Made by a program: the position numbers and the translations under genes. DNA of 61,874 bases, counting the filler, from Diploschistes diacapsis (taxonomy: Eukaryota), in the NCBI GenBank assembly GCA_023645945.1. It is 13 parts of 13 records of this genome, joined end to end, with 100 filler letters (N's around TTAATTAATTAA, not from the genome) between each part and the next. Parts side by side here need not be neighbours in the genome. Positions count along the whole stretch, not along the records: positions 3,043 to 28,710 come from JALAIB010000204.1; 12 more parts are not named here. The stretch is one strand, 5' to 3'. This document shows positions 11,477-22,216 of the stretch, piece by piece (the stretch's first letter is position 1; the number at the start of each line of letters is the position of its first letter). The notes under the pieces were generated by a model. The model was not told the DNA's origin and searched no databases. It saw only the letters and a program-made list of their open reading frames with translations.

Positions 11477-12626
11477 TCATTTCCTCAGCGCAGCTTCATA
11501 CAGACTCGTGATGACTCCAATGCCCGATGCAACGAGTACACCCTGGTAGCCTCCTGGGACGCTATAGTCGATCCTTTGCTTAGTCACTTGAGAGGGGGTT
11601 CCGAAATAGGCAAGGTCTTTGCTGTAGACAAGCCAGGTAACGAGAGCCTTGGAAAGATTGAAGCTAAGGGGGTCATACTGAGCCGCAGGATGCGAGTGCC
11701 TGCTGTGCCTGACCTCGCCATGCTTCGCCTTGAGTGCCAGGTTGAAGAAGTACGCGGCCGTCAAGGGCAGGATTACGCTGGTCAGGGACCAGAGACCAAA
11801 GGCCGACCAGAACTGTGGCGTGATGAGCATGAAAACATCATTGCTTGCGACGGGCCATTCAGGCATCCCGAGTGCGTCAATGGCTGGAAACATGAAGAGC
11901 GTCTTCCTCGGCAAGAGCTCGTTTATGAGACCAATGAACTCGATCAGAATAGCTATGCTTTCAATGGAGGCCGTGCTGCTGACCGCGCCACGAACGTTGT
12001 CGACGTATTCTGACACCCCTGAGGCCTTGTAGACTTCGCTCATCTTTGTGCTGACCGTCGCAGAATACTTCTCAATTTGCTTGGTGACAACGGCCGGCGA
12101 TGGTGGGAACGGCATGCTTTCGGGCAGCAACCGCCTTGCTGGAGTCTTAGGAGCCAGTGCCTGGCTTGTTGTCTCTGGAACAGCAGCATCGCTTGATGCC
12201 TCACTGTTGCGCTGCTGTTAGCCTGGATTTCCAGATCGCCAGCAACGCATGCGCCGAGCGCGATGCGGCGCCTTCTCGCACTTACGCTTCGAAATCCTCT
12301 TTCGCTTTTGTAACTCGTCTCCTTGTTGGCTTGGACTCTACTAGAACAGTGGTACCGGAACTGTTTCTCTTGACGGGTGAGGTGGCGCGCTTGAAGAAGG
12401 TGGAGAGAGAAGGGTCCTTGGATAGTTGCTCCTGGTTTGCTTGCAGGTGTTCGGTCAATGCAGCCAAAAGAGGATCCCTATTCAAGCCTTTCCGGCTGCC
12501 CAAACTGGTCAGCTTGCGACACGTCAATGTCCAGCATTCAAGCACGTACTTGACCCCTACTTGGTCGGCAAGAGCCTCAAGCTCGCCTTTACGCTTTTGA
12601 TTGAGCCCAATCACGGTAGTCGACAT
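11477..12626 (-). CDS. Conserved ascomycete membrane protein with N-terminal helical (SAP/HeH-like) motif, three exons
   Basis: LNQKRKGELEALADQVG start. Introns GTACGT..CTGAC.CAG and GTAAGT..CTAAC.AG. C-terminal TM segments ending IGVITSLYEAALRK. Confidence 0.65.
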
Positions 12627-12935
12627 TGCGGTGAAGGACTGTTTTCGCAAAACCAAAATCTATATGATCGAGAAAGCTACAGAGTAGAAATACGAATGTG
12701 GTAAATGGGTTGTTCAAGAGAGTGTACGCAATGATAGCGATAGTGATACAAAGAGGCAGCTGTTGATTGTTATTGTGGAGGAGGCTGGTTGTTTACTTTA
12801 GATCGCCAGCCAGGGCGCGTGATTGGCTCGCGCCATCCATGGGCTTGGCTTGGAAAGGAAACGCTCAATAGGAGGAATTTCCAGCTATTGGCCGTATTAT
12901 GTTGACTTTCGCAGGCTTAGATTTCTTCCTTTGTT

Positions 12936-13570
12936 CTACTGTGAGCCTAGCTTCTGCAACGCTTCACCCTCCGCCCGACACCCTACCCACTCGTCCATTC
13001 TGACGGCCCCAACCGCTGGAGATTCATAGAAGTCAATGCTAGGCTTGTTCCATTTCAGTACACTCCAATCCAACCTCTTTCCGCCAACGTTGAGTGTCTC
13101 TCGCGCCAAGCGCTTCAGTAAAGCCTTCCCATATCCCCTTCCTCTAAACTCAGGGCGTACGAAAAGGTCTTCCAGATAGATGCCCGGGGCCGCTTCCCTA
13201 GATTTCCGTCAGATTAATTGATCAACTTCCTACAGTGTATTGAAGGGGCTGGACCATGTCGAGTAATTGTGGAAATATAGAGCCATGCCCGCGCATCGGC
13301 CTTGTGATGTGGATGATCCCGGTGGAAATATGAGAAATGTTTTGGCAAACCCTTTGCTGGGGTTGGACGGAAAAGACAAAGAACTCAGGAGCTTCTGCTC
13401 CGTCGCCAGGACGGACTCTGCTGCTTTCTCATACTCGGCAAGTTCTTTGATCATTGCTAGAATAGTCGGTACATCTACGCATTGAGTCAGTATTTCCAAC
13501 TAATACATGGCCCCCAATACGTGCCTTCTTCGGTAGCGAATCTGATCGACGGTCCGGACTCGGCTGCCAT
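12936..13570 (-). CDS. GNAT N-acetyltransferase (SSAT/diamine acetyltransferase, Ats1-like), three exons
   Basis: DVPTILAMIKELAEYEK, GMALYFHNYSTW, PGIYLEDLFVRPEFRGRGYGK, LDWSVLKWNKPSIDFY. First intron is GC-AG. Confidence 0.9.
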
Positions 13571-14618
13571 GGGTGGAAACCGTTTGAAGCGCTTAAGGTT
13601 CAACAAAGGCTGAGCTATATGACAATTCTATCCTAATTGCGAGTCTGTGAAAGTTTTTGGGTATTTTTAGGCTCTGTGGATCTTTAGGCTTAGTCTGCAT
13701 AACCGGCTGATCTTACCTAAAAAGAATGCCAGATAACCATCATCTATTACGGGACTAGAAGGACCGATAATCGATCTTAGAATTTAGCAATATAAGGCAC
13801 GGGGTTCCGAAGGCTCAGGTGTAATGGGCAGTATCAATGGATAATCAAAAGGCCTCTGCGGAAACCTGAGAGGTAGCCCCTTTCTGGGTTTTCCTATTTC
13901 GGCCTGCTTACGGTGCTATCTATCATCCACCATTTTGCCCAGGTTAGGCACTCCAAAAGCGTCATGTGTCCTGCCCTTATTAAGATTGACGTATCATTAC
14001 TTCTTCTATAATTCCAATGCATTCATCTGTACGGACGGGATCTTAACCTGCGAAAACAGAAAACTTTAACGTTGGCTGCTGTCATCTCTTTTGGGACTGT
14101 TTCGCAACCTCTACCGCCGGTGTTGGGCTAAGCTACGTTTGATCTTTGACTCCTAAATATTGTATTACATAATCTGAAGCTCGCTTTTCTTCATATACTT
14201 TTAGAGCTCATTTTCAGGGTTTAATGTGTCGCTTTTTGAGGCTATTTAGATCATTAATATCTAGATAACCTTCTTCTTACAGTGTCAGCTGTGGCCCGTA
14301 TGTGCAATGCATAAAAGTTACTATGGGAACTAGATATAAGCTAAACTACTTGGCAGACACGCGATATGTCAAGCGTGAGCGGAGCAGGTAGTGCTCCTGA
14401 GACAACCGGTCATGACTGGCTCCACGCATCGAAGTCAATCCTCCCTGCCTTCTTCAGATCCAGTAGCATTCATAAGTTTAGCCCACATCGACTAGGGATG
14501 ATGCTGGCTTCATGCCGCTTGTACACTTTGTCTGTCATGGTGCACATGGTCGTATTGGGTAGGACGAGATACGGGATAAAGAGAGATGTTATACTCGGCC
14601 GTCCGCGTCATACAATAT

Positions 14619-16988
14619 CTAATTCGTCCATTCTAAGCAAGATTCCCCTTGCGCTTTCTTCAGTACTCCATTCTCTTGATTCAAAAGCTTGCGTTTCTTA
14701 TTTGGCGATAGCTCCTCAAACACGGTTCGTGATCTAACATTCAAGATGGGTTTCTTGAAGATGTAGGTTGCCCGCTCAAAATCGATTAACATTACTCGCT
14801 GCCTTTCTGAGTTCCATAGGAGGTTTGGGGATCTGATATCGTGTTGTTCGACCCCGGCTTCGCGAACTTCCTTCACGGTTCTATCGACCTGAAGATCAAG
14901 GTCCACCGTATCGTCTAATATAGTCCCGCCCCATGCCATCAAAAGCATGTGAGTTATTTTAACTCCTAGGTCGAGATAATATCGTCTTTTTAGTTTTATG
15001 TATCCCAGACACGCTGGGATGGCATACCCCTGCAGGCCCTTTAGATGCTCGTAAACGTTCGCTTCATGTAAGAGGCATGGAGCAAAAGCTCTGACTGTGG
15101 CCTTGGCGACCAAAACGTAACCATGCGACATAAGCATTATTCGAAACAAGGCTCCCCGTGCTCCTTGGAGGCCAAGTGGCTTACAGCCACAGTCAGGATC
15201 AACTGCAAGTTGTGCTCTAACCAGTTCCTTCAACATATCCGCATTAACAAGATGACGACCGTTGAGCGATGGGTGCAAATCAACATTTGGGCAGCACCTG
15301 TCCACTGCCGTGCCATGAATTATGCCCAACGCGCAATCCTGCGTGCAGTATGGTCTTTGTTTTTTTGGCTTTTCAGTCTTGCTGTTCTGGTCACTTCGTT
15401 GTTTTTGTCCAGTGCGTCTGTCGCTGGCTGCTGTTGAGGTCCGCATGCCTGGACCTCTTTGGTTGCGCGTGCTGCGTCTGGGCTTGCTCGGTGTGTCGGG
15501 GTCATCATCATCGTCCTTCTCCGTCGGATTGGGATTGCTAGGATGGCTGGGCTTGCAGCCCATGTTCTTTATTCGTTCCCGGGTAAGGTATGGAGATCTA
15601 TCGATCGGTCGGCCCTTCGGGCCTCTGTAGGCGAAGTTTGGAGTTTCCTTCCTCTCCGACTTAGGTATTGATCGCAAGACAGCCTCATAATCAACTTTGT
15701 ACCTTTCGAGCTTGCGTTTGGCATCCCGTCGCCAATTTTGACTGCGAGAGGTAGATTGAAAGGCCAAAAGGCACAGACTCAACACAATGCCGATCGCTGT
15801 TTGCGAGAGTAGCACATCAAGATCTTTGTCTTCCACGTCTTCGGAAGGTATAGCAAGGTGGTAATACAGCGTTTCCGGGTCTTCACTTCGAACATGAAAG
15901 AAAACAAATGCTTCTCCAGTGGTTAAGTAGCTGTATTCAAGGCCGTATTCGATCATATCGTGGAAAACCTGCGTGGAAACAGCTGCAACTAACTTGTCTG
16001 CATTGTACTGTAGCTTTTCTGCCTTGCCCCTCCTGTCTTCGTCCGTCATGCTCTCGGTATCCTCTTTGTAAGTCGGAATCGTAGCTCGATTAATAATCTC
16101 CTCTTTCAAGTTCATGTCACGAAATCCTGCTTTGAGATTGCCAATTGATAGTTTGTGTGGAGGTTTGTACTCCACTGTGAGCAGTAGCTGCCGATTTTCC
16201 TCGGTCTCGCCGTTTTCGCTGTAGACACAGAACCGGTCCGGGCGGGTAGAAGGCTTCGGCTCGGAGCTAGGTTCAATGGACGAGCTCGATGGCGGCGGAC
16301 TGTTCCGTGGCGTCCGAATGCTCAAAGCTTCCAGGACTTCCTCTGCCGCATCGCTCAAAGAATTGGGACCATTCTCAAATTTGATGCTCTTATTCAGGCC
16401 AAATTGGGTCTGGGCCTCCGGAGTTTGGGAGAGATTGTTAATGATGCTTGTCACGATATTCTCCACCGCTATCTGCTCGTAGAAGCGTAGGGCTTGTTCG
16501 TCTGCCAGCCTATTTCGATTCAAATCCTCTCCAAGCTCTTGCAAGTATTGAGTGGATTTGAAACAGCGTTGGCCAGATTGACCGTCTGGATGGAAGTATT
16601 GATACGCCTTTTCGAACAATCCATGCAGGGTTTCAGGAAGCCCTTCCCACAGCCGTAAATTCTTGGGATAAAACTTGTTTTTTGGGCTTGTGGTGCCACC
16701 CTTTGTCGTCCAATTTGGATTGGTCTCAACAGTGAAGGCGGCTTGGAGATGAAGGTGGCATAATTCTAGGCATTCAGCCAAAGTTGTCTTTTGCGTACGC
16801 TTTTCCGCTATTCTTTGTTGCTCTTCCGCTATTCGTTGTTGCTCTTCCGCTACCGTTGCTCGTTCCGCTGCTCGTTGTTGCTCTTCCGCTGCTCGCTTTT
16901 GCTCTTCCGCTACTTGTTGTTTCGCTTCCGCTAACTGTCGTTCTGTTGCCTCGAGTAGAGCTCTGAGGCGCTCCTCCTGAGAAGACAT
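14619..16988 (-). CDS. Spok-family (spore-killer-like) nuclease-kinase protein, 789 aa, intronless
   Basis: Heptad coiled-coil repeats, then KTTL.E.L..CH and K.YPK.LR.W. Nuclease RPD(251)...EYK(275)PPHK. Cys cluster YCTQ.C.LG...CPN..LH. Kinase GARGALF, GYVLVAK(629), L.HE..VY..L..LQG..IP, HD(717)IRSPNLLWN.E..R.MLIDFE. C-terminal PNKKRKL NLS-like motif. Confidence 0.92.
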   Translation of the reverse strand: MSSQEERLRALLEATERQLAEAKQQVAEEQKRAAEEQQRAAERATVAEEQQRIAEEQQRIAEKRTQKTTLAECLELCHLHLQAAFTVETNPNWTTKGGTTSPKNKFYPKNLRLWEGLPETLHGLFEKAYQYFHPDGQSGQRCFKSTQYLQELGEDLNRNRLADEQALRFYEQIAVENIVTSIINNLSQTPEAQTQFGLNKSIKFENGPNSLSDAAEEVLEALSIRTPRNSPPPSSSSIEPSSEPKPSTRPDRFCVYSENGETEENRQLLLTVEYKPPHKLSIGNLKAGFRDMNLKEEIINRATIPTYKEDTESMTDEDRRGKAEKLQYNADKLVAAVSTQVFHDMIEYGLEYSYLTTGEAFVFFHVRSEDPETLYYHLAIPSEDVEDKDLDVLLSQTAIGIVLSLCLLAFQSTSRSQNWRRDAKRKLERYKVDYEAVLRSIPKSERKETPNFAYRGPKGRPIDRSPYLTRERIKNMGCKPSHPSNPNPTEKDDDDDPDTPSKPRRSTRNQRGPGMRTSTAASDRRTGQKQRSDQNSKTEKPKKQRPYCTQDCALGIIHGTAVDRCCPNVDLHPSLNGRHLVNADMLKELVRAQLAVDPDCGCKPLGLQGARGALFRIMLMSHGYVLVAKATVRAFAPCLLHEANVYEHLKGLQGYAIPACLGYIKLKRRYYLDLGVKITHMLLMAWGGTILDDTVDLDLQVDRTVKEVREAGVEQHDIRSPNLLWNSERQRVMLIDFERATYIFKKPILNVRSRTVFEELSPNKKRKLLNQENGVLKKAQGESCLEWTN
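16800..16936 (-). repeat. 21-bp tandem repeat encoding AEEQQR(I/A) heptads of the Spok-like coiled coil
   Basis: Plus-strand units TTCCGCT(A/G)(T/C)TCGTTGTTGCTC, about six imperfect copies. Confidence 0.85.
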
Positions 16989-17061
16989 TGATCGTGCGGG
17001 ACGTAGGTAGTAAACAAAACAAACACTCTGTTTACATCCAAGCGAAGCGCGGGACTAAATA

Positions 17062-17270
17062 ACGTGTTTCACCACACAACGGCCCACCCCACAAAGCGGC
17101 TCACAGTCCCTGCACCTTCGTATAATGTAGTTGAAAACAAATTTAGTTTCGTACAAATAATTTTATGTGTGGTTGTGGGGCTCAAAAGCTCGCTTAAAAC
17201 CATCTAGCGCCATTACATTATAATGTAGTGAGCCGCTTTGTGGTGTGATCCGCTATGTGGTGAAACACGT
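17062..17270. mobile_element. Complete 209-bp Fot1/pogo (Tc1-mariner superfamily) MITE
   Basis: ~43-bp imperfect TIRs ACGTGTTTCACCACA...CACAAAGCGGCTCAC / GTGAGCCGCTTTGTG...TGTGGTGAAACACGT. TA target duplication at 17060-61 and 17271-72. Confidence 0.92.
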
Positions 17271-17701
17271 TAGTGCATTTTAATTACGTAATTAGACGCA
17301 TAGCCGAGTAGTGAGTAGTCGTGTAAAACGTGTTGATACAGTGATTTCTTTTGTAAACACGAACTCTTAACTCTCGTACTTAGGTACCGAACGGGCCTGT
17401 GCTGCTTTGTTCATACATTCATAGACCAATGTTGGAAACATAGTCCCTCATGAAAGATCTTAATGAACTCCTGTTCTTCTCTTCGTGTTGCAAGATAACA
17501 GAAGAACCTATCTATATATTGACGTCCGTTTGGCTCCTTTCTTCTGTTGCCAAGCCGCCTCGCTCCCGCTTCCAAGGTTTGTAATGTTGTTAGGCGTGGG
17601 GAGAGAGATGAGACCTTCGACAGCCTGTCTTCCTTCCAAGTCTGCCGGAAGTGATTGCAACTCACTTGTAGGAGCTGTTTTAACATTCTCTAGCCTGCAT
17701 A

Positions 17702-19692
17702 ATGGTCAGCTGGGGTAGTATTCTCAGCACAGCTGGCGGAAGAGATCGGAGCACCCTCCGAGATGACATGCGACATCGTAGGTTTCGTTCAACTTCATCT
17801 GCATCTACTTTTGTTGTGGTGAGCCATTTTCTCATAACTGCTTAGTGCTCTCTGCCTCGAATGGCGAGGCTGTGGAGTCTGCCTACCCCGCCAACGAAGT
17901 AACAAAAGTCGCTCTCCGCTTGAAATACCAGATCGAGCAAGTCATACCTATTGAATTGGATGAGGGAAAGATCACAAGAGCCAACTCTCCTGTAATCACC
18001 CGCAAGGTCGTCCATGCGGCCAAGCAAGCTGGTGGCAAAGAATACCCGTCATGCGTCATCTACTGCTTGCTTGTGTGCAAGAGGTGGTTCAAGAGACAGG
18101 CATTGCTTGAGTTGTGGGACTCCGAGCTTCATGAAGCTAGAGCGGTAGCATGCGATGTGCTCGCGAAAAAGCTGTACGTGCAATTTCGCTGCTTGTACAT
18201 ACGGATCTGATTTGCCATTAGCATTGAATCCGAAGAGGACGAGGAGTTTCTTATGCAGGAAACGCTGCTTAAGCGATACTCTATCCTTGTCAATGGGCGC
18301 GAGACAAAGCCGGCGAACGCGGTAGAGCGAGCGGTTGACCTCCATGCTCTCCGTGTGATTGGCTCTTCTGGCTACCAGAAATGCATCGGCTATCTCTGGC
18401 GCGGGTGGCTAATCCAGGACGAGGACGATCCTGGAAAGTTTAAAGATTATGGGGACAAGAACAAGGTGGATTACTGGATACACTTCGATCCTGATAGAAT
18501 GAGGACACCACAGTACCAGAACTTTCTGCAAATCTCTGTTAGCTTCATCTATCTAGTTCTATACTCGATCGCCATCAATACTATCAACAGTACGGGAGAT
18601 TTAGATATAATCGAAGGTATCCTGTATATCTTCACCGCAGGCTTCATCTTCGACGAGGTGTCCAAGCTCTGGAAAGTTGGCCGCTACTACATCGGCTTCT
18701 GGAACGTCTTCAACCTGATACTCTACGCCTTACTTACCGTCAGCTTTGTTACGCGCATGATTGCCCTGGGCTATGATCTGGGTGACCCCGACAGAGAGCG
18801 ATTCAACGTCCTCAGCTACAACTTCCTAGCCTTCAGCGCGCCCATGTTCTGGTGCCGGCTGCTCCTATACCTCGACAATTTCCGGTTTTTTGGTGCAATG
18901 CTCGTCATCCTGAAAGTCATGATGAAAGAGTCCCTGATCTTCTTCCTCCTGCTGGTCGTCATCTCCATCGGTTTTCTCCAGGCCTTCATCGGCATGGACC
19001 AAGTCCGCGGCGCCGAGGGCGTGACACGCGACATCGTGCAGGCCATGGCCAATAGCCTGATGCAAGCGCCCGACTTCAATGGGTTCAACGAATTCGCGCC
19101 GCCCTTCGGCATCATCCTGTACTACTTCTACACAGGCGTCGTCATGGTCATCCTGCTCAACATCCTCATCGCCCTCTTCAACAGCGCCTACGAGAACGTC
19201 ACGGACAACGCGATCGACGAGTACCTCGGCCTCTTCGCCGCCAAGACGATGCAGTTCGTGCGCGCCCCGGACGAGAACGTCTTCATCCCGCCATTCAACC
19301 TCCTCGAGTTCTTCGGCCTCGTCCTCCCGCTCGAGTGGTGGATGCCCAAGGCCCGCTACCAGCAGCTCAACCGCGCCGTGATGGGCGTCATCTACGCGCC
19401 CATGCTCCTCGTCACGGCCTGGCTCGAGACGAGGACGGCGAGGAGGGTGAACGAGAATCGCGTCCGGCACGAGGCGGACGACGATAGGGTCCAGGAGTGG
19501 GAGCAGATGGGCGAGGAAGGTGGGGTGGACTTCGATGCGGATGGGTGGGCGAAGACGGTGAGCGAGTCGAAGCCGAATGTGGAGACGGACGCGGCGGTGC
19601 TGGAGATCAGGGAGTTGAAGGCTAGGGTTGAGGCGCTCTCGAGGGTTATGGAAAGCATCGAGGGAGGGGGAGAGAAAGGGAGGATGAGTTGA
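17702..19692 (+). CDS. YVC1: Vacuolar TRP cation channel (TRPY1), three exons
   Basis: VTKVALRLKYQIEQVIP.E, AVDLHALRVIGSSGYQKCI.YLWRGW, FFGAMLVILKVMMKES, ILLNILIALFNSAY, QFVRAPDENVFIPPFNL. Confidence 0.95.
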
Positions 19693-20060
19693 TAGCCGAG
19701 TTGATGTGGTTAGGATAGCCAGAGCGAGAAATCTTGGCGTGATCTGGGAGCATATGTTTATATCTGGGAATTATCTTGGGATTGTCATCACGGTGTTTGA
19801 CCCACCAAGGCCGAACTTACACCCAGCTAAACCAGGACGCAAATGCATATATATATGTGACAACCAACCATCTCTTATCATCCGTTCTAGAAAAAGCCAA
19901 TCGCGGGTGTTTGTTACTGCTGTCGTATCCCGAGCTACAGAAAACTGCTCTACAGGCCAACGTTACCGGGTCCAGAAGCACGAGCATCCCCTCCCCCATC
20001 ATACCCCACCTAAGGAAACAAGCACCAGCATGACCGCCCTACTCAACCCTTGAAAAACCG

Positions 20061-21792
20061 CTACCCCTTCTCCTCCCCCTCCTCCAGCCCATGCGTCTTC
20101 ACCTTCGCCATCTCCTCCTCATAATCCTTACCAACCCTCTTGTCCGCCCCCGCTTCCTCCCCTTCATCCCCCGTCTCGCTGCCCCGAACAGTACTCGCCC
20201 TGCTAACATCCCTGCTCCTCGCACTCCGCACTCTCATACCCAGCTTTTTATCCTCCTTCGTGCCGTCCTCCGCATCCCCACCCTTCCAATCCGCCGCCTT
20301 CGCCTCCGGCACAGCCTCGCCCGGGCCGGGCTGCGTAATAACCTGCGCCAGCGCCGCGCCATTCGCCACTGCCTCGGGCCCTGCTGCTGCTGCTGTGCTA
20401 CCGGGGCTCCCCTTCGGCACCCGCCACACCACGGCCAGCTTTTCGAGCGCACGTGTGCCCTTCTTGCTGCTCCCCTTGATGCCGTCCATCGCGTCCCACT
20501 CGATCTCGAAGACGCCGCGGTCCGAGGCTTGGGCGGCGACGTCGCCCTGCACCATGTGTGCGGGGGGCAGGCCCTCGAAGAAGACGTTGAACCACACGTG
20601 CGCGACGGAGGTGACCATCGTCCAGCCGTAAGGGGCGCGGTTGCGGCGCTCGAGATCGATGCAGACGTCCGAGGTGGGGACGAGGATTGGGGCGGAGGGG
20701 CGGAAGATGACGGCTTTGCCGCCGATCTCGGAGCCCGCGCGGTCGACTTTGGAGGAAGGGGTGAGGGGCTGGCTGGTGGAGTCTTCGATGAGGGGGGAGC
20801 CGTCGGAGATGGTGTGTTTGATTGTGGAGTGGTCGAGGGATGGGGAGGAGGGGTTGACGGTGGGTTTAGCGAGGGATTTGAGGGAACCGTTGGGACTGGT
20901 GAGGTTGGAGAGGTGAGAGGTGGAGGAGCTGTTGGTGCTGTTGTTGGCGGGGTTGTCGGAGGAGTCGACGATGAGGCGCTCATGCTTGGTGAAGGTGTGG
21001 ATGGTTTTGATCTTGCGTCCTTCCTCGGTGTAGCCTTCTACTGCGACCTTTACGCCATCGCGCAGGCCCCAGGCATGGACCTCGAGAATCTGGACGGGGC
21101 GCTCGACGTAAACTTTGCCCGTCCGTGTCCAGGTGTCGACGTAATTCACCCAGCGCAGTTGGCTGGGTATGCTGACGCCAGGCCCGAAGCCAGGACGCAT
21201 GCGACGGCTTGTGAAACGGGATAACGCATCTTCCTTCTTCCAGCCTTCTTGGCTGACAAGATAGCTGCAGGCGATAGTTCCACTTCGCCCTTTACCGGCT
21301 TTACAATGTACAACAACCACCCTCTTCGTTCCCTTCTCGACGTCGAGGTCTTTCAACCAGTTTCTCATGCTGGCCATGATGTTGGGTATCAGGGCGAAGG
21401 GTGGTGGGTGGTGGTCCGGCCATGGGTAGTGGTGTATTCGGTCATACACCTCGGCATCAGGATACCCCGTCCCTTCCGCACGGAACTCCCATATCGACCA
21501 GTCCTTGCCATGCTTGTAGTCTAGCCACTTGACAAGCTCGTCGGTGGGGTTTCTGTATGCTCGCTGAGGGTATGTCGAGGAGGGCCCCGAAGTAACAACA
21601 ACTAGAGCGGTCAGCTCAGCAATCAATCTGTTGCGGAGAGTAGCACGTTACTATAGTCGGTAACATAGCAAAGATCGAGTCCTGCTTCTGGATGTCGTGT
21701 GCGCGGACCAGCGACTATCTGGCGGAGGATTGAGGCCTGGATATCGTTAACCGTTAGCGACGTATGGGCAGCAACATCGTTCCACCCACCAT
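20061..21792 (-). CDS. TEP1: PTEN-like phosphoinositide phosphatase, three exons (first coding exon is ATG only)
   Basis: ASILRQIVAGPR..H...LDLCYVTD, YRNP, WPDHHPPPF, catalytic VHCKAGKGRSG, GVSIPSQLRW..Y. Confidence 0.9.
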
Positions 21793-22216
21793 CTTCAGCC
21801 TCAAGTTAGCGAGATTAACTTTGAGTTTGGAGATAGCTTAGAATCCACATTCTGAGAGGAGAGGCTGCATTGTTATTAGTACCTCTCAATACCTACCTGT
21901 TTTCCAAGCGTTTGCGATGCGTTGTCATGCGAGTGACGTCGTTTATGTGGCGCCTCAGCCACTTTTGGCAGATCTAAGCTTAATCTATTATTGCTGGAGC
22001 ACCTCAGCCCCGCTGCCCCTCCGCTTCCTTGCGGCTGCCCCTGTTGACCTGACTCACTGCAGAAAACTTTACCGAGAGAGGACTGAACGATAAACAGGTC
22101 ACAGACACCTGCGGCGCCACGAGGAACGTTGAGACGCTGTAATTCCTTATCGAAAGGAGCACTGTTTCTTGCTTGTCCCCACTCCTGAGCAATTGCACAT
22201 TGTCGTAGCCGCAAAG

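Noticed and set aside
13600..17700. Starship or other cargo element around the Spok-like gene
   Set aside because: No DUF3435 tyrosine recombinase on the contig, and I found no convincing flanking direct or inverted repeats beyond the MITE.
20091..21224. Long antisense or alternate-frame ORFs (also 11165-12013, 2147-2998, 18865-19470, 52922-54166)
   Set aside because: Shadows of real GC-rich genes, with no recognisable domains.
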